Assembly (NCBI GenBank): GCA_045106415.1
Contig: JBGCEP010000010.1
Span: 1 to 64,000, forward strand
From: Oligoflexales bacterium
GTDB taxonomy: Bacteria; Bdellovibrionota_B; Oligoflexia; Oligoflexales; Bog-1112
DNA: 64,000 bases
Direction: 5' to 3'
This document shows positions 1 through 11,346 of the stretch, piece after piece. Below the pieces are notes generated by a model. The model was not told where the DNA came from, ran no database searches, and saw only the letters and a program-made list of their open reading frames with translations. Within the stretch, counting starts at the first letter, position 1; the number at the start of each line of letters is the position of its first letter. The translations under genes and the position numbers were made by a program.

Positions 1-30
1 CCGTAAGGTCCTAGTATCGCAGGGGGATGA

Positions 31-1704
<1,674 letters not shown>

Positions 1705-1724
1705 TTATGTATGTGAGAGAAATC

Positions 1725-2015
1725 TTATTTTTCGATAACACCAAGAAGGTCATCTTCACGAAGAACGAGGTGATCATTTCCATCGATCTTGACTTCAGAT
1801 CCAGCGTATTTACTGAAGAGAACAGTGTCGCCAACTTTAACTTCAGGCTTAGCAATTGTGCCATCTTCAAGGCGTTTTCCGTTACCAACAGCAACGATTT
1901 CACCTTCCATTGGCTTTTCTTTTGCATTGTCAGGGATGATGATGCCGCCGGCTGTCTTTTCTTCTGACGCGACTCTTTTAACTAAAAGTCGGTCTTGCAA
2001 AGGTCTGATTTTCAT
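1725..2015 (-). CDS. groES: Co-chaperonin GroES
   Basis: [14 protein letters not shown]...TAGGIIIPD...[18 protein letters not shown] before ATG 2015; directly upstream of groEL. Confidence 0.98.
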   Translation of the reverse strand: MKIRPLQDRLLVKRVASEEKTAGGIIIPDNAKEKPMEGEIVAVGNGKRLEDGTIAKPEVKVGDTVLFSKYAGSEVKIDGNDHLVLREDDLLGVIEK

Positions 2016-2087
2016 GTGTGCTCCTTCAAACGAAGATAACATTTTCAATTTTATGTTCGGAATGTAAATCCGAATAACAGTAGATGC

Positions 2088-2115
2088 AACATAAATCCAA
2101 TATTTTTACTGTCAA
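2088..2115 (-). promoter_or_regulatory. Putative sigma70-type promoter for groESL
   Basis: TTGACA (2115-2110), 16 nt, TATGTT on the minus strand; no CIRCE element seen. Confidence 0.45.
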
Positions 2116-2136
2116 GGGGGTGGAGCTTTTTTTATT

Positions 2137-2931
2137 TTAAAGAGTGATTGGCTTTGGGCTGGAAGAAGACTCACAACTTTCTAGAACGGAGTGTTCCGGG
2201 TGAAAGCCGTACTTTGTAATTTCATTTATGAGGAGGGAGCGAGTTCTCACAGAGGTTTTATCTGGAGTGAGGTCGATTCTCAATGCTGGTTGCGAGATGT
2301 CGTGAGGCTCAAATATGAGATATAAACATTGTGACAAGTGATGAGTTGTATACGACAGGTGTACTTTTTTGATTTGCCCCCACTCGTATCTCCATGTTTT
2401 TAGACGAGTTGCTGCTGTGACACCGTCTGGAGTGATGTCGATATTTTGCAGTGATCGCACGAAACAGGCGAAAATAAAAATTAAAGGAAGAATGACTAAA
2501 ATTGAAAAGGCACTCAAAATAAATGTTGTATTCATAATAATTGGATATGTATCCGAAGACTGAGTGAGAAGTACAAAGCTCGCGCACCCAACAAGACCAA
2601 TCATAGACCAATGAATAAGAGAGCGTGGATATGTGATGAATCTTCTACCCCCACTTGGGATTTCATCTGTAAAAACAAATCCTTCTCTTTCCTCTAGAAG
2701 CTGTTCTTGAAACCAAAGAATAGCTTCCTCATCTTCTCTATCAACTTCAATAATGTGTCTCCAGGTAACCATCTCATCTTGAAACTTACCTTCGAATGCA
2801 TAAAGTTGAGCTCTTAATTTGAGAGCATTGACATTTTGAGGCCCAAGGGAAAGAAGGGTATCTAGAGCGTCGTGAGAGTCTTCGTAAAGACCCTCTGCTA
2901 TCATGTTTTCAATTTCATTTACGTGTTTCAT
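2137..2931 (-). CDS. Hypothetical membrane protein: N-terminal TPR-like region, two TM helices, possible bacterial PH-like C-terminus
   Basis: Helical TPR-like pattern (LSLGPQNVNALKLRAQLY); two hydrophobic segments; ITPDGV...YEWGQI pattern. Confidence 0.6.
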   Translation of the reverse strand: MKHVNEIENMIAEGLYEDSHDALDTLLSLGPQNVNALKLRAQLYAFEGKFQDEMVTWRHIIEVDREDEEAILWFQEQLLEEREGFVFTDEIPSGGRRFITYPRSLIHWSMIGLVGCASFVLLTQSSDTYPIIMNTTFILSAFSILVILPLIFIFACFVRSLQNIDITPDGVTAATRLKTWRYEWGQIKKVHLSYTTHHLSQCLYLIFEPHDISQPALRIDLTPDKTSVRTRSLLINEITKYGFHPEHSVLESCESSSSPKPITL

Positions 2932-2938
2932 ATTTTAC

Positions 2939-2965
2939 TTATCGTCAAAAATCAAAAGATATTAA
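2939..2965 (-). promoter_or_regulatory. Putative sigma28 (FliA)-like promoter
   Basis: TTAA-N15-GACGATAA, ending 7 nt before the ATG at 2931. Confidence 0.4.
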
Positions 2966-3055
2966 GTTTAGAATTTGAGATGGAGTAAAAACTGCCTATT
3001 CATACAGTCTGATTAACCTCCGAATGAGTAAGGAGATTATTGAGGAGGATTTTTT

Positions 3056-3916
3056 GTGAGAAAAAATCTTACGGCTGAAGAAGTTGAAAAAGTCTGTGTT
3101 GCTGCAAATAAAGCAGCGAAAGAATTTGTAAAGGCGGCTTGGCAGTCAAATTGGAATGCTGCTGCTTTAGATCATATACACAGCTTGCAGGTGAATTTAT
3201 CTCGTGATCAGAATTTTCAAGGAGGATTGAAAATGGTAGATGAGAGCAACAAAGGAGATTTAGCTAATCTTTTGCTTAAGTCATCAGGAGCTCAAAAAGA
3301 GGTTGATGAATATTTTCTTGTCATCATTCAAAAAATGAATGAGCTGATCTTAGATACCTTGTCTCAAGCGGTGGAAAGTATTTTAGGTTTGTCACGATTG
3401 TTTCTGGAAGAAGAAGCGGAGCAGGCTCTTCAGGAATTTTATCAGCTGTATTTTTCAGGGAATGCAGAAGAGAATAATAGTGATTCACAAAAAGTTAACG
3501 ATGAGGTGGATCGTCTCATGAGCCAGTTAGAAGCAGGTTCTCTTGCAGAAGATGACCTAAAAGAAGATGAAGAAGAAAAAGCTCGTCGTTTGGGGATATC
3601 GGGGATTCAAAAGAGATTAGAAACAATTATTTCTTTAGATGAAAGTTTACGAGAAAAATTGGCTCCTGTTTTAACGAGTATGCAATTTGAAGATTTGACT
3701 CGACATAGACTTTCTAATTTAGAAAAAGTGTGGACATTTGTTGTGAGAGAAATGGCTGAACCCAAAAATTCATTAGAGAGTCTTCATGATTCGATTAGTC
3801 ATATTTTAACTTCTCTAGATGAAGCGAAACAATATTACGATTGTTTTGAAAATCTAGAAATTCCTGAAGTGTTATTAAAGCAGAAAGTTGAAAAAGAGAG
3901 TTTGTTACTTTTTTAA
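3056..3916 (+). CDS. Helical protein with CheZ/MCP-tail-like motif
   Basis: SMQFEDLTRHRL motif; acidic helical body; ends in SLLLF; GAGGAGG RBS. Confidence 0.55.
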   Translation: MRKNLTAEEVEKVCVAANKAAKEFVKAAWQSNWNAAALDHIHSLQVNLSRDQNFQGGLKMVDESNKGDLANLLLKSSGAQKEVDEYFLVIIQKMNELILDTLSQAVESILGLSRLFLEEEAEQALQEFYQLYFSGNAEENNSDSQKVNDEVDRLMSQLEAGSLAEDDLKEDEEEKARRLGISGIQKRLETIISLDESLREKLAPVLTSMQFEDLTRHRLSNLEKVWTFVVREMAEPKNSLESLHDSISHILTSLDEAKQYYDCFENLEIPEVLLKQKVEKESLLLF

Positions 3917-3942
3917 AAACGCAACAGAAAAGAGGTGGGAGA

Positions 3943-4488
3943 ATGAGCCAGTCAGAACTTAAAAATTGGGCTAGTTTTTGTGAATCATCACTCAAATGGT
4001 GTTCAAATCAGTCGGAAGAATCTATTGTAAAGGTACACGATGTCATTAATTTAATTGTAGAAGATTCCGCTCGAGTGTCAGCGTTATCTGAAGAAGCTGA
4101 AAGCGTTGTTAAATCGATGCATGATCTCATTGATTCTGTGGGTGATGGTGATAGAGAGGCGAGTCATGAGTTAGCGTTAGCGTTACAAGTGACAGCTAAA
4201 GGAAGTCACGAGGTTCAGGTATTTGCAGAACCAATGATTCAAGCCTTGCAGTTTCATGACCGTTTGTCACAGAATATGGGCAACCTCAGTGGAATGATCA
4301 CGAAGTGGCAAGAATACAGGGAGTGTTTAGCAGAAAAAGATTGCATGACCACAAGTGATAAAGAAGAGTTTGGAGAGGCTATGCTTAAACATACCACAAT
4401 GCCTAAAGAACGTGATATTGTACGTTCAACTTTAGGTATGTCTGAGGCTGAAGAAGAAGTTGCGGAAAGCTCAGTGTTATTGTTTTAG
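3943..4488 (+). CDS. Helical protein with CheZ-like DxxxQ motif, paralogue of the upstream gene
   Basis: ALQFHDRLSQNM motif; ends in SVLLF. Confidence 0.55.
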   Translation: MSQSELKNWASFCESSLKWCSNQSEESIVKVHDVINLIVEDSARVSALSEEAESVVKSMHDLIDSVGDGDREASHELALALQVTAKGSHEVQVFAEPMIQALQFHDRLSQNMGNLSGMITKWQEYRECLAEKDCMTTSDKEEFGEAMLKHTTMPKERDIVRSTLGMSEAEEEVAESSVLLF

Positions 4489-4568
4489 ATTGTAGAGCTT
4501 TTAGAGGGCTTGCATTCAAAGGGCCTGCAATATAAATTCACTCCTGTTGAAGCTATGAGGAGTGAGTT

Positions 4569-5555
4569 GTGGAAATTTCTTCAGATTTAGAACAAGCTGT
4601 CCAAGAAAGCGCTGTTTGCGCTGAACAAATATTGAAAGAACTGAGTAAACGCATTATCGGGCAAGAGCATGTAGGTCGTAGGCTTTTGATGGCTATGATG
4701 TGCCAAGGGCATGTCCTGCTTGAAGGGTTGCCTGGGCTGGCAAAAACATCGTCAATTACGGCATTAGCCGAGGTTCTTGATCTTGCTTTTAAGAGAGTTC
4801 AGTTTACTCCTGACTTATTGCCAGCAGATGTTGTTGGAAGCCAGATTTATAATCCCCAAGAATCAAAGTTTTTAACACGTAAAGGCCCTATCTTTACGAA
4901 TTTGTTATTAGCAGATGAGGTGAATAGAGCTCCAGCTAAGGTTCAATCAGCGTTGCTAGAGGCAATGGCTGAGAAACAAGTGACTATTGGAGAGGAAAGT
5001 TTTAAGCTGTCTGTACCTTTTCTCGTAATGGCGACACAAAACCCAATAGAACAAGAGGGAACTTATACGCTCCCAGAGGCACAGTTAGATCGCTTTCTTT
5101 TTAAAGTCGAAGTTGATTATACAAGCCTTGCAGATGAGATTCGTATTGTTGAACAAGCGAATAGTGGAAAAAAAATTACACTTGAAAGAGTAGCGTCTAT
5201 AGAGCAAATTCAGAAACTTTCTGATTTGCAGTCTCGGATTCATATTGCTGATGCTGTCAGGGAGTATATTGTAAAGTTAGTTTTTGCTACACGGTTTCCT
5301 GAGCAGTATCATGTGAGTGAATTGAAGTCACGAGTATCTTGTGGAGCAAGCCCACGGGCTTCAATTTATTTAGAAATGGCATCTAGGGCGCAAGCTATTT
5401 TAGAAGGTCGAAGTTTTGTGACCCCCCAAGATGTTAAAAATGTAGCACAGGATGTCTTGAGGCATCGTATTAAAATGAGCTTTGAAGCTGAAGCTGAAGA
5501 GTTTTCACCTGTCGATGCTATTGACTTGATCTTACGTCGTGTGGAAGTCCCATGA
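4569..5555 (+). CDS. moxR: MoxR-family AAA+ ATPase
   Basis: GLPGLAKT Walker A, RVQFTPDLLPAD, LLADEVNRA, ATQNPIEQEGTY. Confidence 0.95.
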   Translation: MEISSDLEQAVQESAVCAEQILKELSKRIIGQEHVGRRLLMAMMCQGHVLLEGLPGLAKTSSITALAEVLDLAFKRVQFTPDLLPADVVGSQIYNPQESKFLTRKGPIFTNLLLADEVNRAPAKVQSALLEAMAEKQVTIGEESFKLSVPFLVMATQNPIEQEGTYTLPEAQLDRFLFKVEVDYTSLADEIRIVEQANSGKKITLERVASIEQIQKLSDLQSRIHIADAVREYIVKLVFATRFPEQYHVSELKSRVSCGASPRASIYLEMASRAQAILEGRSFVTPQDVKNVAQDVLRHRIKMSFEAEAEEFSPVDAIDLILRRVEVP

Positions 5556-6433
5556 AAATGAGCCCTAAATTAATTGAACAAGTGAAGCATATTCAATTAA
5601 AAGCATCGCAGATGGTAACCTATCAATTAGTTGGGCATTATCAGTCTGCTTTTAAGGGTTCAGGGATGGAATTTGACAAGGTCAGGCAATATGACCCTGG
5701 AGATGATGCACGGTTACTTGATTGGAATGTGACTGCAAGAATGCAGCAACCATACTCACGAGTTTATTGTGAAGAGCGAGAAAGAACTCTTATGGTCATG
5801 GTTGATGTTAGTGCTTCTCAAGCCTGGGCATCCACGCATGTATCAAAGAATGAGATGTGTGCTGAGTTTGCTGCTGTTGTTGCTTTGTTGGCGACGCAGC
5901 ACAACGATCGTGTTGGGTTAATAGTTTTTTCAGATAAAATTGAGCACTATATACCTCCTAAACGAGGAAAGTCTCATGTCTGGCAGATGATCCGTGATAT
6001 TTTGAGTTATGAGAATCCTCAAGGTAAAACGGATATAAAAGCAGCATTACAGTGGCTTTTGAAAGTGCAGAAAAAACCTTCTCTTTGTTTTTTGATTTCA
6101 GATTTTTGTGATGAAAAATATGAAAAAGAATTACAGCATATCGCGTCTAGACATGATTTAATTGCCGTGCAAGTGTTAGATCAATTTGAAAGAGAGATAC
6201 CGCCAATAGGAGAGGTTTCTATTGCTGATTTAGAGACACAAAAATCCTCATTCTGGAATTTTTCAAGCAATTTTCTTCAAAAGAAATATCAAGAAGGTGT
6301 CGTTCAGCAGCAATCGATATTAAAAAAGTTATTTGGTAAGTATGGAATTGATCACTTAGTCATGGAACCTCAAGACGGTTTTTTTCGTCCTCTTATGCAA
6401 TTAATGAAAAGTCGTGAGAGACGGAGCTTGTGA
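5552..6433 (+). CDS. DUF58 domain protein
   Basis: GSGMEFDKVRQYDPGDD...DWNVTAR and VDVSAS motifs; follows moxR. Confidence 0.92.
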   Translation: MKMSPKLIEQVKHIQLKASQMVTYQLVGHYQSAFKGSGMEFDKVRQYDPGDDARLLDWNVTARMQQPYSRVYCEERERTLMVMVDVSASQAWASTHVSKNEMCAEFAAVVALLATQHNDRVGLIVFSDKIEHYIPPKRGKSHVWQMIRDILSYENPQGKTDIKAALQWLLKVQKKPSLCFLISDFCDEKYEKELQHIASRHDLIAVQVLDQFEREIPPIGEVSIADLETQKSSFWNFSSNFLQKKYQEGVVQQQSILKKLFGKYGIDHLVMEPQDGFFRPLMQLMKSRERRSL

Positions 6434-6440
6434 GATTATT

Positions 6441-6944
6441 ATGAAAAAAGAAGAAGCGTTAGCATCGTTACCGCATGGAATTCGTGGGATTGCTGTTTAT
6501 CAGCAACAAAGTCCTACTGTTTTTTGGATTTTTACACTGATGATTCTTTTCATTGTGTTGGCTTTTTACTATTTCGTGTTTAAAAAATACTCACAAATTA
6601 AACCTTTAACTATTGAGCGTGCTGCATATGCGAAGAAATCTATTGTAAGCATCCATGATTTTTCTTCAGTATCATCTATTCAATCTTTATCTTTAGAATT
6701 TAGAAGAATTGTGTTCTTAACAACAGATATACCATCCTTAGAACTTACATATGAGCAACTTATTCTTGAATTAGAAAAGTATTTTGATCAGCCGTCTATT
6801 CTGAAGATTGGTGATTTTTTTAAATGGTCAGAAAAGATTTTGTTTGCAGATATGGCAATAAAATCAATTGAAGTGGAGACATGGAAAAAAGAAATTTTAT
6901 TTTGGGTTGATCATCTTTTAAAAATCAGTGAGGAAAATAATTGA
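6441..6944 (+). CDS. Single-pass membrane protein (DUF4381-like position in a bat operon)
   Basis: N-terminal TM helix; lies between DUF58 and BatA. Confidence 0.6.
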   Translation: MKKEEALASLPHGIRGIAVYQQQSPTVFWIFTLMILFIVLAFYYFVFKKYSQIKPLTIERAAYAKKSIVSIHDFSSVSSIQSLSLEFRRIVFLTTDIPSLELTYEQLILELEKYFDQPSILKIGDFFKWSEKILFADMAIKSIEVETWKKEILFWVDHLLKISEENN

Positions 6945-7855
6945 ACTTTTTACATCCATGGTGGCTATGGTGTTCTTTGGTTCTTTTCTTTATATGGAAG
7001 AAAAAACAAAGATCACTGCCGATTTCCGATATAAGGCGGTTTTCAGGAATGACAAAGTCATGGTCGTGGTCATGGCTAGAACGTTTTTTTCGTTGTGTTG
7101 CATTACTATTTCTTCTTATTGCTTTAGCCCGCCCTCAGGCAGACCCTGTTGAAGAGAAGAAAAGCTATAAAGCTTTAGATATTATTTTGGCGATTGATGT
7201 TTCAGAAAGTATGAAACAACCTGATTTTATTATAGGTAGGCAACGTGTGGACCGTTTAACAGCTCTGAAGGCTGTTTTAAAGCAGTTTATTGACTCAAGG
7301 ACAGAGGATCGCATTGGAACTGTGGTTTTTGGTGAGAAAGCTTTTCCACAAGCGCCTTTAACAATGGATCACGGAACTTTATTTGAATTTTTAAGAATGA
7401 GTGAAGCTGGGATGGCTGGACGAAGAACAGCAATTGGAGATGCTATTGCTGTTTCCGCTAATCAACTGAGAAGTCTTTCGACTCAAACGAAAATTATTAT
7501 TTTATTGACTGATGGTGATAATAACAGTGGCAAAATTCAGCCGCTAGAAGCGGCTAAAGCTGCGTCAGCATATGATGTGCGAATTTATACAATTGGGATG
7601 GGGCCTAAAAGATATATTGATGAGCCCCTACTGAAGAAAATAGCAGCAGAAACTCGAGGTCGGTATTTTCATGCCGCAGACACAGAAACGTTAAGCCAAG
7701 TCTATAAAAATATTGATAAATTAGAAAAAACTGAAATTGATAGCATTCAATGGGATGTCCGAGAAGAAAAGTTTATGAATTGGGTTTTTTTGAGTTTCTT
7801 CTTCTTGTGCTGTGAAATAATTTTTCTTTTAACTCCAATGAGGAGGTTGCCTTGA
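6941..7855 (+). CDS. batA: BatA-type vWA domain membrane protein
   Basis: N-terminal FLHPWWL, ALARP, MIDAS DVSES, LLTDGDNN. Confidence 0.88.
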   Translation: MNFLHPWWLWCSLVLFFIWKKKQRSLPISDIRRFSGMTKSWSWSWLERFFRCVALLFLLIALARPQADPVEEKKSYKALDIILAIDVSESMKQPDFIIGRQRVDRLTALKAVLKQFIDSRTEDRIGTVVFGEKAFPQAPLTMDHGTLFEFLRMSEAGMAGRRTAIGDAIAVSANQLRSLSTQTKIIILLTDGDNNSGKIQPLEAAKAASAYDVRIYTIGMGPKRYIDEPLLKKIAAETRGRYFHAADTETLSQVYKNIDKLEKTEIDSIQWDVREEKFMNWVFLSFFFLCCEIIFLLTPMRRLP

Positions 7856-9654
7856 ATTTTGCGAGCCCTCAATATTTTTATATGTTTTTGTGTTTACCGG
7901 TTATCAGTTTTCTTTTGTTTTTAGCATCTAAAAAAAGAAGAAAAAGATTAAAATTTTTTGAAAAGATGATTCCGCAGGTTACGTCTTCAAAGCCAGATAG
8001 CATTAAGTTTTTATTTTGGTGCCTTGGATTGATCTGCCTTTTTATTGGTGTTTCTCGCCCTAGGTATGGATATCAAGAAGTAGAAATACCGAAAGCTGTT
8101 CATGACATTATGATTGTGATGGATTTATCTCAATCTATGTTGGCACAAGATATAAAGCCGAATCGTTTAGAAAGGGCGCGTCGAGAAACACTTGATTTGT
8201 TAAATGAATTACGAGGTCATAGAGTTGGTCTTGTGGTTTTTGCTGGTGAAGCCTTTGTACACTGTCCTCTTACTCAAGATTATGACCTTGTCCGAGATTT
8301 TGTTCGTCAGTGGAGTTATGATCTTCCGGCTGTCCAAGGCAGCCTTCTGGGGACAGCTTTAGAATTGGCTGGAGATCGACTACTTGCAGTTAAGGGAGAA
8401 AGACAGCGAACTATTCTACTTCTGACTGATGGGGAAGACCATGAAGGTCGCGCCGTTCGTATTGCAGAAACATTGGGTGAAAAAAATATTAAAATTCATA
8501 CGATCGGTATGGGTGAAAATCAGTCTTTAATACCGAATCCTAGCGGTGGTTATAAAAAAGATAGATTAGGAAATCTGATTGTTTCAAGGATTGATGAGAA
8601 AGCATTACAAAAAATTTCATCAGTGACAAATGGCCAATATGTGAGATCTCGTGGTGATGATTTTGATCTTATAAAAATTTTTCAAGATTTAAAGATTCAA
8701 TCTGAACAACAAGATACTCATATTAAAAAAGTTTGGCATGAAAGATTCCAATGGTTTTTAGCTCTTGCGTTTGTTTTTCTTGTTATTGAGAGTTTTATAC
8801 CGTCAACATTTATTCTCTTATGTATATGCTTTTCACCGTTAGCAAAATCTGCAGAATGGCTTCCTGGGGAAGAAGGGAGCGGGTTGTATTATTATAATCT
8901 TGGCGATTTTCAATCCGCCCGTGAAGTTTTTGAAGGCGACTTGAAATTAAAGCCAAATGATAGGTCTGTGAAATATAATTTAGGCATTGTTTTCTTTCGT
9001 CTTGGGGATTTTGAAAAGTCTAAAGATTTTTTTTCAAACGTGCTAGGAAGTGATGACCTAGCGAAAAATGCTCGTTTTAACTTAGGAAACACTCTTGTTG
9101 CTCTAGGTCAGCTTGAAGAAGCTGCTAAGGTATACAAAAGTATGCAAGAGCAGGGGTGGGATGATGAACAGGTCCAAGAAAATTTACAATGGGTTCTAAA
9201 GCAGCTAAATCAACCTTCATCAGAAGATCAGAAATCAGAAGATCAGAAATCAGAAGATCAGAAATCAGAAGATCAGAAATCAGAAGATCAGAAATCAGAA
9301 GATCAGAAATCAGAAGACCAGAAATCAGAAGACCAGAAATCAGAAGACCAGAAATCAGAAGATCAGAAATCAGAAGATGAGGTCTCAGAAGATCGAAATT
9401 CAAGTTCTGAGAAATTAAAGGAAGAAGCCTCTACTGAGGGTTCTGAGGAAGAGGAATCATCACCAGAAGGGGCTTTGAAAGAATTTTCTTCCAAAGATAA
9501 AATTGACCAAAATCGTAAGAATCAAAAGATGGATACAGATTTGAAGGATATTGAAAAAAGAGAAGCTTTAAGAATATTGAAAAAAGTTGATGGGAACGGT
9601 GTTATTAAATATCGTAGACGTCAAAGACAAACTGCTCCAACGAAAGATTGGTAG
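7852..9654 (+). CDS. batB: BatB-type vWA + TPR protein (BatB-BatC fusion) with acidic repeat region
   Basis: DLSQSM MIDAS, PNRLERA, LLTDGEDH, YNLG/FNLGN TPRs, C-terminal KDW. Confidence 0.85.
   Translation: MNFASPQYFYMFLCLPVISFLLFLASKKRRKRLKFFEKMIPQVTSSKPDSIKFLFWCLGLICLFIGVSRPRYGYQEVEIPKAVHDIMIVMDLSQSMLAQDIKPNRLERARRETLDLLNELRGHRVGLVVFAGEAFVHCPLTQDYDLVRDFVRQWSYDLPAVQGSLLGTALELAGDRLLAVKGERQRTILLLTDGEDHEGRAVRIAETLGEKNIKIHTIGMGENQSLIPNPSGGYKKDRLGNLIVSRIDEKALQKISSVTNGQYVRSRGDDFDLIKIFQDLKIQSEQQDTHIKKVWHERFQWFLALAFVFLVIESFIPSTFILLCICFSPLAKSAEWLPGEEGSGLYYYNLGDFQSAREVFEGDLKLKPNDRSVKYNLGIVFFRLGDFEKSKDFFSNVLGSDDLAKNARFNLGNTLVALGQLEEAAKVYKSMQEQGWDDEQVQENLQWVLKQLNQPSSEDQKSEDQKSEDQKSEDQKSEDQKSEDQKSEDQKSEDQKSEDQKSEDQKSEDEVSEDRNSSSEKLKEEASTEGSEEEESSPEGALKEFSSKDKIDQNRKNQKMDTDLKDIEKREALRILKKVDGNGVIKYRRRQRQTAPTKDW
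9220..9378 (+). repeat. 15-bp tandem repeat TCAGAAGAYCAGAAA x10 plus a partial copy (SEDQK)
   Basis: Directly visible; copies 7-9 carry GAC instead of GAT. Confidence 0.97.
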
Positions 9655-9657
9655 AAT

Positions 9658-11346
9658 ATGAAAATTTTTTTGATATATGTATCGCTTTTTGTTTCCTTAG
9701 GTAGCTTTGCAGGTGTGGAAGTTGATATTGAGCCCCGGAAAGCGAAGTTAGGTACTACATTTTCTCTTTCTGTTCAAATTGAAGGAAGCCTAGATCAGGA
9801 GGTGGAACTGCCTGATCTAGAAGGAATCGATGTCGTCGGCCAACAGACCCAGCGAGGAATGACAATGGGTTTTGGTCAGGGTTCAGGAATGACAACGACT
9901 CTGATATTTCACCTTAGACCACAAGATGTAGGTGTTTATAAGATCCCTACTTTTTTGATTTATGCGGATAAAAAGACTTATGAGATTAAAGACTTATTTT
10001 TAGAGGTGTTAGAACAACAGCCTCATAGGGCAGGGAACGATGATCCTGTTTTTTTAGAGCGTAAACTTTCTCAGAAAAAAGTATTTGTTGGGCAGCCTTT
10101 TTTAGACACTCTATTGTTACACAGTATTCCTGGAGTCTTGAGGAGAGGGCATGTTGTTGAGTATCAACTGAAAGGAGCTCGAGCAGTTCAAACGGAGAAA
10201 AAAGACGCATTTCAATCTGAAATTCAGGGGACATTATATGACGTTATTCCTGTTCATTATGTCATTATACCTGGACGTAGTGGGCAACTCGATTTACCCT
10301 CCCATAAAGCCGAGCTAAGCCTTAAAGTGCAAAGACATAGAAATAGAAGAGGTTGGGACCCTTTTGATGATTTTTTTCAACAGGGTGATTTAAAAGAATT
10401 CTGGAGTCCTAGAGGTGTTGTTGAAGTTCTCCCTCTCCCCCTTCCTCAACCAGACAGCTTTTCAGGTCTTGTTGGAGAATTTTCTGGAACATCTGACTTG
10501 AATAAGAAAAGTTTAAAAGTTGGAGAAACTGCAACGCTTACGCTGCGAATAGAAGGAGATGGAGAGCTAGGTCCTTTAGGACAATATCAACTTTCGCAGA
10601 TAGATGGTTTAAAGTTTTATGAAGATCAGCCTGAAGATAAAGAAGTTTTTCATCAATTTGGTATGCAGTCTCAGCGAGTTTTGAAATTTGCTGTCGTGCC
10701 TTCACACTCTGGTCTATTTGTTATAGAACCTGATTCTATTTATGTATTTAATCCTAAAAAAGAAATATACGAAAAGCTTACTTTTCCCAGTGTTAAACTT
10801 AGGGTGGAAGGGGAGGTGTCTTCCGCTGAAATTCCACTAAAGGAAGATTACTCAGAAAATAATAACCTGGCGCAAAGTTTAACTTCTAAGCAACCGTTAA
10901 AGGAATTAGCTCGAGGTCATGTTTATAGCTCTCAAGGAATATCTTCAGATGAAATGATATTGTGGATGAGTCTAGCAAGTGCTCCTTGGGTGTTAAAGTT
11001 TTTCTTTTTGTTAATAAGGCCTATTCAAAAATGGAGATATCAGGGACGCCGAAAAAGAGAGGCGTATCAACAATTAAAAAAATTAAAAAACAAAGATGTG
11101 ACGGGAACTGAAGCGATGAAATCTTGGATTTGCTATGTAAGTGCTGCTTTAGATAAAGATGAGCAGAATTTGACTCTACGTGATATTGAAGGTGTTCTTT
11201 CTCATGATTTGTACCAGAAAATTAAAAAGATATATGAAACTCTTGAATCGTGGTCTTATGGTTTACAAAAATTATCTTCATCTCAGTCTAAAAATCTTAT
11301 TCAAGATGTGTTAAAAGTTGCAAAAGAAATGGAGAAATCACTTTGA
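9658..11346 (+). CDS. batD: BatD-family protein
   Basis: Signal peptide, Ig-like repeats, FSGLVGEF...VGETATLTL motif; operon context. Confidence 0.85.
   Translation: MKIFLIYVSLFVSLGSFAGVEVDIEPRKAKLGTTFSLSVQIEGSLDQEVELPDLEGIDVVGQQTQRGMTMGFGQGSGMTTTLIFHLRPQDVGVYKIPTFLIYADKKTYEIKDLFLEVLEQQPHRAGNDDPVFLERKLSQKKVFVGQPFLDTLLLHSIPGVLRRGHVVEYQLKGARAVQTEKKDAFQSEIQGTLYDVIPVHYVIIPGRSGQLDLPSHKAELSLKVQRHRNRRGWDPFDDFFQQGDLKEFWSPRGVVEVLPLPLPQPDSFSGLVGEFSGTSDLNKKSLKVGETATLTLRIEGDGELGPLGQYQLSQIDGLKFYEDQPEDKEVFHQFGMQSQRVLKFAVVPSHSGLFVIEPDSIYVFNPKKEIYEKLTFPSVKLRVEGEVSSAEIPLKEDYSENNNLAQSLTSKQPLKELARGHVYSSQGISSDEMILWMSLASAPWVLKFFFLLIRPIQKWRYQGRRKREAYQQLKKLKNKDVTGTEAMKSWICYVSAALDKDEQNLTLRDIEGVLSHDLYQKIKKIYETLESWSYGLQKLSSSQSKNLIQDVLKVAKEMEKSL

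Noticed and set aside
2040..2136. CIRCE/HrcA operator upstream of groES
   Set aside because: No TTAGCACTC-N9-GAGTGCTAA; only a short TTCGGA/TCCGAA hairpin
9220..9378. Possible CRISPR array
   Set aside because: Contiguous 15-bp units without spacers, in frame within a CDS; no cas genes
9125..9403. Alternative-frame ORFs LLISD(n) and RRSEI(n)
   Set aside because: Shadows of the SEDQK repeat
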